IMG/VR virus record: IMGVR_UViG_3300009506_000026
Span: 1 to 63,152 of that record
From: a virus
Lineage: Duplodnaviria; Caudoviricetes
Strand: one strand, 5' to 3'
Length of the DNA stretch: 63,152 nt
Shown here one piece after another: positions 37,779 through 47,476 of this stretch. Both the position numbers and the translations under genes were made by a program. Every line of letters starts with the position of its first letter. Position 1 is the first letter of the stretch. The notes beneath the pieces are model-generated. The model was not told where the DNA came from, ran no database searches, and saw nothing but the letters and a program-made list of their open reading frames with translations.

Positions 37779-38392
37779 CTCTTTACTTCAAAGGCTTCGG
37801 CGTATTTACATCCACATTCTGATCCTCTGACCCGAGCTTTTGCTTCTATCGCTTCTATGGATCTTTGATGTGGAAACTCCCTCATCTCACACACAATTTT
37901 TTCCAAAGTGAGTAATTTTTTGTTCATAAATTTTTCAATGTTCACATATAGATTAGGAGCAAATGTTGTGGAACCCCCTAAATATTCACAACATAAAAGA
38001 CCTACCGGTCTTCCATAACACCTTGCTTGCACCAATGCACTCTTAAATACAATCCTATGATCCTCATTTATATCATGCTCAGAATGAGTAATAATTAAAT
38101 CAAATTTCAGCCCCAACGATTCAAATCTTTTATTTAATTCCAACTGACCATATTTATCAAATTCCATTGTAGGGATATTCAAAAAGAAACAATTACTCAA
38201 TGGAACACCTAAACACGTGGCAATCTTTTCCGATTCCTGTCTATAACTTACTCCTGGTCTTCCATGAACAACAATCCCATTATTTGCCCAAACAATAAAT
38301 ACTTGATGATTCTCCGAAATAAATTTGGCTATAGTTCCCCCACAATACAAAATCTCATCATCCACATGAGCCACATATACCACGATGTTCAT
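37766..38392 (-). CDS. PIG-L/LmbE family N-acetylhexosamine deacetylase
   Basis: AHVDDEILYCGGT, THSEHDINEDH, YAEAF. Confidence 0.9.
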   Translation of the reverse strand: MNIVVYVAHVDDEILYCGGTIAKFISENHQVFIVWANNGIVVHGRPGVSYRQESEKIATCLGVPLSNCFFLNIPTMEFDKYGQLELNKRFESLGLKFDLIITHSEHDINEDHRIVFKSALVQARCYGRPVGLLCCEYLGGSTTFAPNLYVNIEKFMNKKLLTLEKIVCEMREFPHQRSIEAIEAKARVRGSECGCKYAEAFEVKRWLL

Positions 38393-38970
38393 TCCACCAA
38401 ACCTTTTCCAATATCGTAATACATTACACAAAACCTACCAAGCTTATCCAATGTGTATTGCTTTATATTCAAATGTGAATAATTATAGTTGCTCATAATC
38501 GTTCCTATCCTACGAGCAATCACCCCTTTGTGAAAATCATCCACAACCAAATAAGTTCCCGTATTAACAAATTGGGATAAAACTGTTTCCAAATACTTAT
38601 GTCTATGCCCAGTAACATCGATATCATAAAAGATCAGATCAAAGGCTTTATTGGCTCCTTTTATCTCTGGCCAAATAAAAAAACCTTCGCTTCCCAATTC
38701 ATGCTTCTTAGAGAAAGCTTTACTTTTCTGTAGCCATCCTTTATTGGCATCCACAGACCAAATATCTGTATCCAAATTATTCCTCTTTTTATACAATCGA
38801 AAGGCACAACTGCTTATTCCACTACCAAGATCCAAGATACTCTCCGCTTGTTTTCTCCTGAACATTCTCATCAAAAATAAACAGCATTCTAAGGATGCCG
38901 CCATTCCTGATATCGTACTTGTATATTCTTCATGAATCGCCGTAAACTCTTCCTTCAATTGTTCATCCAT
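38389..38970 (-). CDS. Class I SAM methyltransferase
   Basis: ILDLGSGISS, SVDANKGW, FDLIFYD, VVDD. Confidence 0.8.
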   Translation of the reverse strand: MDEQLKEEFTAIHEEYTSTISGMAASLECCLFLMRMFRRKQAESILDLGSGISSCAFRLYKKRNNLDTDIWSVDANKGWLQKSKAFSKKHELGSEGFFIWPEIKGANKAFDLIFYDIDVTGHRHKYLETVLSQFVNTGTYLVVDDFHKGVIARRIGTIMSNYNYSHLNIKQYTLDKLGRFCVMYYDIGKGLVE

Positions 38971-40105
38971 TGATCATCTCATATTCTTCTAGTAAAGATT
39001 GAATTCCTTGTGATGGGTCACTCGCCGTCAACATGGTGAAAAGTTTTTTCATTTGGGGCAAAACGACCTGCTCTATCCCGAACGATCTTTCATAATACAT
39101 ATACACACTCGTTTTGTCTGAGAAGTCTCGGGATCCAAGTTCTCCTTTAATCACACGGGCTATTTGTCTAAAGTCATCACTGTTATTTATGACTGTGCAA
39201 ACATCGGGGTTGGAAGATATTAAAGGATGGTGTCTATGTGGGAAGGACATAATCACTCGGGTTCCACATCGGAGAGCCTCAAGAGGTCCTCTATCATTTT
39301 GTCCATGTCCCCCTAAAAATAACGCCAACTTGGATTTATTCAAAATCTCACAAACTTCATTTCGGGGAACCATCCCTGTCATTCTAATTCTCAAATCATG
39401 ATCCAAAATATCCTGTAGGATTCCATTTGTAAATGTACCATGAGTTTTTCTGCCCGGGAGAATACAATTAAGCTTTTCCCCATATAACTTTTGGTACTCA
39501 ATCGCCACCTTCACCCCTCTCCATTGAGCCTTCTTGTCATGAATATGTGAACACCCAATACACACATCATAAATCTTAGGGGTCTTGATTGGACGAAAAA
39601 TGTAAGGATTCACTGGCTTTCTAAAATCTAAAAACAATCTGTTGTTCCTTCGGTCATACCAGTCCTTGCCACTTAAATCATCAAACACAATATCCCAAAA
39701 TTTCCACCTTTGTCTTCCCGTATTTGCAGCATATAAAAGTAACCAATGCTTTCCCTTCAATTCATTCAACAGATTAAACCAACTACGAAATCCCCCTCTT
39801 GCCCAAATAATATCTCCCTCCTTCAAAAACTCTCTCAGAACTTCAAAATGAGGGATCACATAACACTGGTGTCCTTCCAACGATGTTTGTCCTGTATTTC
39901 TTCCTGACTCCGCAAAGATCAAAACATCGTCAACGATTGCCTCCTCCTTCATCCTTTTTATTATTTGGAAGTATCCTTCAGTACCAAGACCGGAGTTCTC
40001 TCTTAGATACTCACAATGGGATTTCTTTCGTCTATCCCAAGGTTGATTCACCTCTCCACAACTGCCCCCCATATATATAAAAATCAACCTATTCATTTCA
40101 TCCAC
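38963..40105 (-). CDS. GT-B glycosyltransferase
   Basis: GMVPRNEVCEILNKSK, NDRGPLEALRCGTRVI. Confidence 0.78.
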   Translation of the reverse strand: MDEMNRLIFIYMGGSCGEVNQPWDRRKKSHCEYLRENSGLGTEGYFQIIKRMKEEAIVDDVLIFAESGRNTGQTSLEGHQCYVIPHFEVLREFLKEGDIIWARGGFRSWFNLLNELKGKHWLLLYAANTGRQRWKFWDIVFDDLSGKDWYDRRNNRLFLDFRKPVNPYIFRPIKTPKIYDVCIGCSHIHDKKAQWRGVKVAIEYQKLYGEKLNCILPGRKTHGTFTNGILQDILDHDLRIRMTGMVPRNEVCEILNKSKLALFLGGHGQNDRGPLEALRCGTRVIMSFPHRHHPLISSNPDVCTVINNSDDFRQIARVIKGELGSRDFSDKTSVYMYYERSFGIEQVVLPQMKKLFTMLTASDPSQGIQSLLEEYEMING

Positions 40106-40839
40106 GTATTTTTTATTACTCTTTCTTCTAATTTTCTGTAATCCAACAAAGGTAAAGGCGCTTTTATTCTATTTTTATGATTATAGATTCTACCACAAAT
40201 GAACCGATGGTCTCTTAGTTTTATTTTCTCTGGGTCTCCCAACTCTAAAAAATTAGCAATCCTGTTAAAATTCCCTTTATCCTTTATCATATTCGCTGAA
40301 ATGTAGATCGCCTTCCCACCCCCTCTCTCCACCTCTCTTTTATATTTTCTCATACGATGCTCAATCTCCAAAGTATACCAATAACAAAGCTCGTAAGGAG
40401 TTCTTCTTTTCCAATCACCCAGTCTTGTTACATTCTCAGGGTGAGAAGGCGATATCGCAAATATATTTCCCCTTTCAGTCGTCCCTGGAATTAGATCCAA
40501 TGATAAAAAACTTTTTGCTATCTTCCTTCGATTTCTCTTGATCAATAATAAATCAGGCACATAACCTAAATCCAATAAGGGGTAGAAAAAATACTTACAA
40601 AATCCATGACTCATTTCCATGTAAATTTCTCTCCCCTCTACCAAATTCTCAATGGAGGGAAGTTTCTCTGTCCTTAAAAAGGTTCTGAAATCATCAAAAG
40701 TTTTGTTTTCATGAGAGAAGTGGATAAAAGAGGGGAAGGGCTCGTGGTAGGAAGCGACTTTTCGAAAAAGACCAAAAAGAATAGACAAGAATCTTGTCCC
40801 TGTTCTCCCAGCCGTTACTGTAAAGATCATTCTTTTCAC
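40093..40839 (-). CDS. Sulfotransferase-like P-loop protein
   Basis: TAGRTGTRFL (PAPS 5'-binding-like), SYHEP, LIKRN..IAKSF. Confidence 0.7.
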   Translation of the reverse strand: MKRMIFTVTAGRTGTRFLSILFGLFRKVASYHEPFPSFIHFSHENKTFDDFRTFLRTEKLPSIENLVEGREIYMEMSHGFCKYFFYPLLDLGYVPDLLLIKRNRRKIAKSFLSLDLIPGTTERGNIFAISPSHPENVTRLGDWKRRTPYELCYWYTLEIEHRMRKYKREVERGGGKAIYISANMIKDKGNFNRIANFLELGDPEKIKLRDHRFICGRIYNHKNRIKAPLPLLDYRKLEERVIKNTWMK

Positions 40840-40929
40840 GGTCTTTCCTTTATTGGGCCCCTCCCTACCGACGGTATTGGGTGACTGCCTTTTATTGTTC
40901 CACCTGCTTTCCTATCGTGTAGGGAAGGG

Positions 40930-42210
40930 TTACCAAGCCTGTATTGCCTCCTGCATTACTGGAGCATAATATCTAAAATAAAGTGAATCCATGTTATAGG
41001 TCTGTCGGCAAAATGTCTTTACCTTTAACACCTCACTTTGTCTCAGTCTCGCCACAATTGTATGAGCAATGGCGGCCCAATATTGCTCATTAGGGGGATT
41101 AAAATTTCTATGGAAACTACCAAACTCAAAATACAGAGCCTCGTGATTTGTAATCTCCACTTGGTTATCTAAGGATCTATTTAAAACTAACAAGGTGCCC
41201 GAGGCGGCGGCTTCGGGCACCACTAAACCAAAACTCTCCTCTCTTGTTGGAAAAATGAAAAGATTACTTAATAGAAATAGTTGGGATATCATGTGTTTGG
41301 GAATGCCTACATCATATTTGGGTGACTCAAATTCAGAAGTAAATATAATCTCCTTTCCCACAAACAATCCCTTTTCCTTTGCAATTTGCTTGTACCTATC
41401 AACATCTTCCTTCTGTTGTTTCCCTGTTGCCCATTGACAAGCTACTACTAAACAAATCGAAAAACCCATTGCCTTTAACTCACTAAAGATGGTGATTACT
41501 TCGGCAACCCTTTTAGCCTCAAGTCTATCAACGGAAGCAGGGAGCAATTGCACAATATCCGCTTGCATTACGGAAGGGTTTTGATCTATGAATCGCAGGG
41601 TATCTTCGTGGAAATCAAAGAAGGTTCTTGGATCTTTTATGTGTGGGATTATTCTCACATTATCATCCATCCCCCTGTACTGCTCCGCCACTCTTGTTCT
41701 ATAGGAAGCAGTAGGGAATACCAACTTATGATTTTTTCCATATGTCTGGATGTTCCACCAATCTCTCGCCACGGAGGGCATACTGTGAATCCAATGTAAC
41801 CACCGGGTATCAGGCATTCTTCTACCCACTTCAATGCAGGCTAAACCATAAGGCAAATTCCACCCAGTGAACACAAAATCATGTGTAAAGATGATTTTAA
41901 TCCCCGTTGATTCCAGTTCTTTGCAAAGAGCATTTGCAGTAGTATTAACAAGGAGCTTATGCTCGGCGGACATTTTGTATTGACTTTTGTAATCAACAAG
42001 GTGAGAGAAGGGAATTGATTTGTGCAAGGTTACTTCGGCAGGGAAAGTTTCTCCATTGTACCCCGAATTTACGAATAAGTGAACCTCATGCCCATGCCTG
42101 TTGAGCATCATTACTTGATCCTTCACGATGCCTGTTAGACTGTAGCCGGGCTGAAATTCCATGAACGTGGTTAGAATCGCAACTTTTTCTTTCATTTTTT
42201 TCTCCTTCAT
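40930..42210 (-). CDS. GT4 glycosyltransferase
   Basis: GHEVH, FIFPTREESFGLVVPEAAASG (ExF-x6-E). Confidence 0.9.
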   Translation of the reverse strand: MKEKKMKEKVAILTTFMEFQPGYSLTGIVKDQVMMLNRHGHEVHLFVNSGYNGETFPAEVTLHKSIPFSHLVDYKSQYKMSAEHKLLVNTTANALCKELESTGIKIIFTHDFVFTGWNLPYGLACIEVGRRMPDTRWLHWIHSMPSVARDWWNIQTYGKNHKLVFPTASYRTRVAEQYRGMDDNVRIIPHIKDPRTFFDFHEDTLRFIDQNPSVMQADIVQLLPASVDRLEAKRVAEVITIFSELKAMGFSICLVVACQWATGKQQKEDVDRYKQIAKEKGLFVGKEIIFTSEFESPKYDVGIPKHMISQLFLLSNLFIFPTREESFGLVVPEAAASGTLLVLNRSLDNQVEITNHEALYFEFGSFHRNFNPPNEQYWAAIAHTIVARLRQSEVLKVKTFCRQTYNMDSLYFRYYAPVMQEAIQAW

Positions 42211-42237
42211 TATGATTGAATTCCTAAGTTTATTTTC

Positions 42238-42266
42238 TTATTAATTGGGCGTTTATGTTTAGTCAA
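42238..42266 (-). promoter_or_regulatory. Possible weak promoter for the glycosylation cluster (TTGACT-17-TAATAA)
   Basis: AT-rich 59-bp gap; good -35, poor -10. Confidence 0.3.
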
Positions 42267-42269
42267 GCG

Positions 42270-45200
42270 TTATGAATAGCCCTGACATTCATACATTGAT
42301 ATTTCGGCGCACCCCGACTGGTAACTTCCTCCTCCCTGAGCTTCCGTGATTCTCCATCTATAATATTCATAATTTATCCCATTCGGAAATATCCAAGACT
42401 TTTCCTCTCCTTGTGCCCACGATAGTCCAGATTGACTATAGACGGTTGATTCCTCTCCTGAAAAATCTCCTGTACTTGAACCCTCCAGTACCCAAGACTT
42501 GGGAGCATACCCTATCGGTAATGGAGCCCATCTAATTACCAACCGCTCAATGTTCTTTGAGGCTGTTAAATGAAGTTTAATCCATGCATCTGCCGTTCCT
42601 ATGGTATCATAGGACATCCAAGCAGTTGTCTGATTGTCATCCGTCGCATTATCATCAATATAGGTGAGATATTCACTGCTGCTGCTAATTGTACTGCCTG
42701 TGGCACAATCCGATCCCCAGTCCGTACAATCCTCTGGTCCATAAAGAGTTGTTGTAGTAGTTGAGGAACAGGTGCTAGTACTCATCGTGGAACTTGTAGT
42801 TGAAAGTGTGGAACTTGTCGAGCTTGTAGTGGACAAAGTGCTGGTGGTTGAAGCTGTGGAACTGGAAGAACTGGTCGAACTCTGTGTAGAAGTGGTAGAC
42901 AAAGTGGAACTGCTAGAGCTTGTTGTAGACAACGTGCTTGTAGTTGAGGCTGTGGAACTGCTAGTAGTCGAACTTGAAGTGGTAGTTGTGGAACTTGTCG
43001 TTGTTGAAGTTGAACTAGTGGTGGACAAAGTGCTGGTTGTCGAAATTGTGGAACTGCTGGAGCTTGTTGTGGAGGCTGTGGAACTGCTGGTCGTAGTTGT
43101 TGAAGTAGTGGAACTTTGTGTTATAGATGTTGTGGTAGTCGAACTGCTTGAACAGGTCGTGGTGGTAGATGTAGTAGTGCTTGTGGTTGTAGAAGGATAC
43201 GTTGTTTCTGTTGTGGTAGTCGAACTGCTTGAACAGGTGGTTGTCGTACTGGAACTGGTCGTTGATAGGGTGCTTGTCGTGGACAAAGTGCTTGTGGTTG
43301 AAATCGTACTTGTGGTGGTAGATGTTGTGGATGTTGTCGTTGCCCCCGTTTCAGTCCAAGACTGATTATATAATTCAATATTAAATAGATACATTGGGTT
43401 GTGGTTACCGAGAGGTGTTGCAAATTCCAAATATTGCAAATCTCCTCTATTAAGCCAATTAAGATCAATCGTCCAATATTGAGTCCATTGAGGTAAAAGT
43501 ACATTGTAAATTACAGGACCAGAAGTGGTTCCTATCGTTAACCACGTATCCGCAGTAGGTGTTTCTAAGGGGTAAAAGGTTAATCTTATCTTTGCAGGTC
43601 TTAAATTATTTGCCCAATTTCCCTTTACCGACAACTTTGATACATGCATATCCCCCAAATGTGCATCTGGGTTATCATTAAATTCCCAATAATCATAATC
43701 ACCGTGCCAGGAAACCGATATGGGAGTTTCGGGTCCAGCTTGAACAGGCTCCCAACGATGATTGTCAAAAAATGAGGACCAGGGTCCTGCATACTCCACG
43801 TGTAGTTCCGCAGCATTGGTGGAATCGTAATTCTCATCCCCTGTCGCTGAATCTACCGTCATTCCCCCCCATTCATCCTCATTTAAAACTACATCTCTAT
43901 CCGATTTTACAATAACAATTAAATTTCCCCCATATCCTGGTCTGTTTATCACCTCCTGCAAAGATTCTGAAAAATCCACAGACCAAAACCATTCATGTTC
44001 ATTGGCACTTCGTATAAAAGACCATTTGGTACTAGCTGAGGTCAAAGGAAGAGCGTTATACTCCGCAATAGAAGTAGGGGCGACAGGATCATCCGCATCC
44101 ACCAAAAAGATTTCGGCAAAGGCGGAGCCCCCCTCAAGAACTGAGGAATAAGAAAAAGCACTTAATTTTAATCTTGAAGAAATAATAAGACTTTCCGGTT
44201 CAATATCTACATTTATGAATCTAAAAAAGGCATCATAATTATGAACAGTACCAGAATCGTTATCAGGACCAAAAATGATATTCCCAGTGGAGTTAAATGT
44301 TAGTTCTGTAATATGTCCATCATTTGCATTTCCTCTAACTTCCCAATAATCACTTGTCGAAGCGATTATCTTCAAAGAGGAGGAAGTCTGCCGACACTCT
44401 ATTTTTGCCCCCCTCGTACTTTGCACTATTCGGGTAACTCTGAACTTAGTGTACTCACTTATACATTGATTCAGTAGATCACGATCAAAGATTTCAAAAG
44501 GGGTAAACTCAAATTGGATAATATCCCCTTTATCAATTTCTGATAAATAGTCCCCACCATCAAATTCACAAATCAATCGAGGTTGTCTGTTTTCTCCAAG
44601 TACCCACCCTGCAAAAGATAGGGCCTGTGATTCCCCAACAACAAAATCTAAATCTATTGGTTCCCCTGTTAATTGACCATAAATATCTTGACTATCTGCA
44701 TCCTCTACCTCTATTACACTTTTTGACTTCTCAAGTTCTGATTTATTTCTTTCGGACCACTCTTTGGCATAGCTAATTAAAAATCGATTTCTAAGTTCGG
44801 AACGCTTGGTAAAACGCGATCTTGCGGTATTAAGAAAAATTCTCCCCTCATTGATCGTCTTATCGGAAGTGGTATTATCTGGGATATACTTTAGATGGTG
44901 CTCACCTAAACTATGGAACCAAGCACTCTTAGCTTGAAAAGCTATATTGGATACTAATTCCAGGACGTTCGGCGCTTCCGTTATAACTACTCCAAGAACA
45001 ATCGCTTCCGCCACGTAATTGGTGTGTGCGGTATTAAAATCAGCATTAAAATTATCTACCGACTCTCCACAATAATTAATCAAAAAATGTTGAATAATTT
45101 TCCCTGGGTATTCCAATAACTGACCCGATATTCCATACCCCCTACTTTGAATATCTGCTGATACTCTACCCCCTAATACTGTGTCCGCCACACTGTTTCC

Positions 45201-46736
45201 CGTTATATCCACAGTGCCAACTTTTGTGACATTCGAGGTTGTTTCTAATGGCTCAGTCTTAAATTCTATCCAAGCCAAAGAAACAAATACATATCCTAAG
45301 GAATTGCTCCCCCCTCTTAATAGGTCTCCTGTTAAATTATTTATTTTATCCCATGTGTCACACAAAGAATTAACATTATACCAATTACTTTTGAAGGTTC
45401 CCGTTGTACTTTCTTGAATATATCTATTAGCCCATGTAAATTTCATGTTGCAGTTGTTATCTATAAATGGAATATGCATACAAAGACGAAATTGAAGGGG
45501 TGTCTTGTCAGGAATCTCATACATTGCCTTACTGAGTTCCACTTCACACCCCGCATTTTTTATTTCCCCCCAATCCGTCAAGTTACCATTAACCAAATTC
45601 TCAGGAAAATTTACCCATCCCCCAGAACTGATTTTTTCAGCTATTTCAAATTCCCAAACTTCATATAAATCCTCGCCATGAGCATGACCCCCATCATTTA
45701 CATCAATGGAATCATCTACCTCTATATTAAACTGCTTTTCTATAGAGGGTTTCGCCGTAAATTTAATTACAGCCATCCCGGGGTAATCCTCATGTTCATC
45801 CCCCGTTTGCCCCGTATAAGCCACAAAGTTAGTAATCTGTCGTACCCATTCACCCGTGGTTCGATTCTCAATATAAATGGCATCAAACGATTTTATTGGG
45901 TGGTCCATAGCGAAAAGATACTCAGTTTGTATTTCCGCTATAGTCGTGCCTGCTTTATGTTCCGCCTGTGTAGTTTCCGCATACCCTCGAGAGCACCCCA
46001 TAAAAGAATTTCCTGAAATGTAGCTATAACTGATTTGTTCAAAATCAAGTTGTATAACTCCCCCTCCAACTGGAAACTTTGAGGTGTCCGTCGATTCAAA
46101 AAATGAAACACTGTCGCTAATATCTGCCACCAATGAGGTTAATGATCCCGAATCTACCCCCAAAAAAGGCATCTTTAAAATTCTACCATAAGCGATGGGG
46201 AATAACTTACCAACATCGTCAGGGTCCGCGCCGGGGTAAGACTCGGAAGTACAAAAGTTTCCCTGAAATTTATTTATTAGGGACACCTCGTTGGAAGTCA
46301 AATAGACCCTAACTCTGTCCACTCCTTCATTCTCAACATCCTCTATTTCTCCCTTAAAAATTAAATCCTTATCCTCAGCAGCCGAAGCCCCCTCAAAAAT
46401 TCGATAAATACTAACGGAGGAATACATAGGAGGAGAGGAACCAAATAACAAAGAAAAATTTCCCAAAGTTCCAATACTTACATTATTTGCCACCACAAAA
46501 CTTGCATTGCCTGGATCAGGGGTGCTTCCATCAAATCTAATGTCTCCTGAATCAAGGTCTCCCCATTCGAGTACTAAAGGTTCATAAATTTGTGAATTAA
46601 AAATAAAAGTAGAAGTACCAAACAATCTGTCACATAGATAATAGGTAGAGGAATCAAGAGTGATTTCGACAAGCCAAATAGGCTCCGTATGAGGAGAATC
46701 GATCTTTGTTTGATTAAAGGAACTTAGAGTTTTCAT
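42270..46736 (-). CDS. Tail tip/hub protein with ~198 aa Ser/Thr stalk and C-terminal discoidin (F5/8, CBM32-like) domain
   Basis: Follows the TMP and Dit genes; FPIAYG; S/T tract 42747-43340; SSSEY..NATDDNQTTAW..WIKL..APKSWVLEGS..YEYYRW. Confidence 0.8.
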   Translation of the reverse strand: MKTLSSFNQTKIDSPHTEPIWLVEITLDSSTYYLCDRLFGTSTFIFNSQIYEPLVLEWGDLDSGDIRFDGSTPDPGNASFVVANNVSIGTLGNFSLLFGSSPPMYSSVSIYRIFEGASAAEDKDLIFKGEIEDVENEGVDRVRVYLTSNEVSLINKFQGNFCTSESYPGADPDDVGKLFPIAYGRILKMPFLGVDSGSLTSLVADISDSVSFFESTDTSKFPVGGGVIQLDFEQISYSYISGNSFMGCSRGYAETTQAEHKAGTTIAEIQTEYLFAMDHPIKSFDAIYIENRTTGEWVRQITNFVAYTGQTGDEHEDYPGMAVIKFTAKPSIEKQFNIEVDDSIDVNDGGHAHGEDLYEVWEFEIAEKISSGGWVNFPENLVNGNLTDWGEIKNAGCEVELSKAMYEIPDKTPLQFRLCMHIPFIDNNCNMKFTWANRYIQESTTGTFKSNWYNVNSLCDTWDKINNLTGDLLRGGSNSLGYVFVSLAWIEFKTEPLETTSNVTKVGTVDITGNSVADTVLGGRVSADIQSRGYGISGQLLEYPGKIIQHFLINYCGESVDNFNADFNTAHTNYVAEAIVLGVVITEAPNVLELVSNIAFQAKSAWFHSLGEHHLKYIPDNTTSDKTINEGRIFLNTARSRFTKRSELRNRFLISYAKEWSERNKSELEKSKSVIEVEDADSQDIYGQLTGEPIDLDFVVGESQALSFAGWVLGENRQPRLICEFDGGDYLSEIDKGDIIQFEFTPFEIFDRDLLNQCISEYTKFRVTRIVQSTRGAKIECRQTSSSLKIIASTSDYWEVRGNANDGHITELTFNSTGNIIFGPDNDSGTVHNYDAFFRFINVDIEPESLIISSRLKLSAFSYSSVLEGGSAFAEIFLVDADDPVAPTSIAEYNALPLTSASTKWSFIRSANEHEWFWSVDFSESLQEVINRPGYGGNLIVIVKSDRDVVLNEDEWGGMTVDSATGDENYDSTNAAELHVEYAGPWSSFFDNHRWEPVQAGPETPISVSWHGDYDYWEFNDNPDAHLGDMHVSKLSVKGNWANNLRPAKIRLTFYPLETPTADTWLTIGTTSGPVIYNVLLPQWTQYWTIDLNWLNRGDLQYLEFATPLGNHNPMYLFNIELYNQSWTETGATTTSTTSTTTSTISTTSTLSTTSTLSTTSSSTTTTCSSSSTTTTETTYPSTTTSTTTSTTTTCSSSSTTTTSITQSSTTSTTTTSSSTASTTSSSSSTISTTSTLSTTSSTSTTTSSTTTTSSSTTSSSTASTTSTLSTTSSSSSTLSTTSTQSSTSSSSSTASTTSTLSTTSSTSSTLSTTSSTMSTSTCSSTTTTTLYGPEDCTDWGSDCATGSTISSSSEYLTYIDDNATDDNQTTAWMSYDTIGTADAWIKLHLTASKNIERLVIRWAPLPIGYAPKSWVLEGSSTGDFSGEESTVYSQSGLSWAQGEEKSWIFPNGINYEYYRWRITEAQGGGSYQSGCAEISMYECQGYS

Positions 46737-47476
46737 AACATTTCCAATAATTGTACCTGGGTTTCAGCCGTCCCCTCTGTGGTATAATTTTCATCAGGAA
46801 TAGGTGAAAAACGAGCAAGCCAATAATCCCCCTCATGATCTTTAAAGTAAAAGGGCTTTGAATAATCATCCAAATAAGAAAGCAGTTCTCTAAAACTGCT
46901 AAGAGTGAACACGGTATTGGCATGAAACAAATGATAGGAACGAGTTCTCTTTTTAGGAGAACGCTTGGAGGAAATCTCAAGGCCCCCATAAGTCGCCTGC
47001 CATTCTACAAAATCTTGGTCTTTCCCTATCGGCACATTATCAAACACCACCTGGTATTCATACCCTGCGGACATGTAAATCTCGGTGCATTGAGGGGCAA
47101 CCGCGCTTGTCGCCACCACTCTCCAATATCGTTTCGTCAAAGGGGAAGAAATCGTTTTTATAATTTGGGTATTTCCACTCTGTGTCCAACTTTCAACATT
47201 CGTCCAACTGCTACCATTAGTAGACCAATCCCAAGTCATTGCGAGACCATTAAAATTATGGCGTTCAATGGCGAGGAAATCAACCGCAAGGTCTCCTGCT
47301 GCACCCTGATCCACCTGAAATGTGATCGTTCCTCCCGTTGTATATTTCCAATAAAAATCAATTGACCTATCATAGAGTCTTGATTCGGGGTACCCGCTAT
47401 CCGCATCCCCTGTTACCGAAACACTGACCCCAGATTCCGATAGTAGATTATAAGGGAAGAATTTGATCTTAGCCAT
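46733..47476 (-). CDS. Distal tail-like protein
   Basis: Directly after the TMP; beta-rich; KRYWRV. Confidence 0.6.
   Translation of the reverse strand: MAKIKFFPYNLLSESGVSVSVTGDADSGYPESRLYDRSIDFYWKYTTGGTITFQVDQGAAGDLAVDFLAIERHNFNGLAMTWDWSTNGSSWTNVESWTQSGNTQIIKTISSPLTKRYWRVVATSAVAPQCTEIYMSAGYEYQVVFDNVPIGKDQDFVEWQATYGGLEISSKRSPKKRTRSYHLFHANTVFTLSSFRELLSYLDDYSKPFYFKDHEGDYWLARFSPIPDENYTTEGTAETQVQLLEML

Noticed and set aside
28918-42210. Host capsule/LPS locus marking a prophage boundary
   Set aside because: It is co-oriented and contiguous with tail genes, contains phage-type genes, is followed by holin-like genes, and lacks wzx/wzy or sugar synthesis genes.
2110-42264. 12-mer GACTAAACATAA shared by two intergenic regions (2110-2121 +, 42253-42264 -)
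   Set aside because: Many 12-mer matches are expected by chance in 63 kb, and it lies at different positions relative to the -35 boxes.
42772-43365. Val/Glu/Leu-rich + strand ORF
   Set aside because: Antisense shadow of the Ser/Thr codons of the tail-tip gene.
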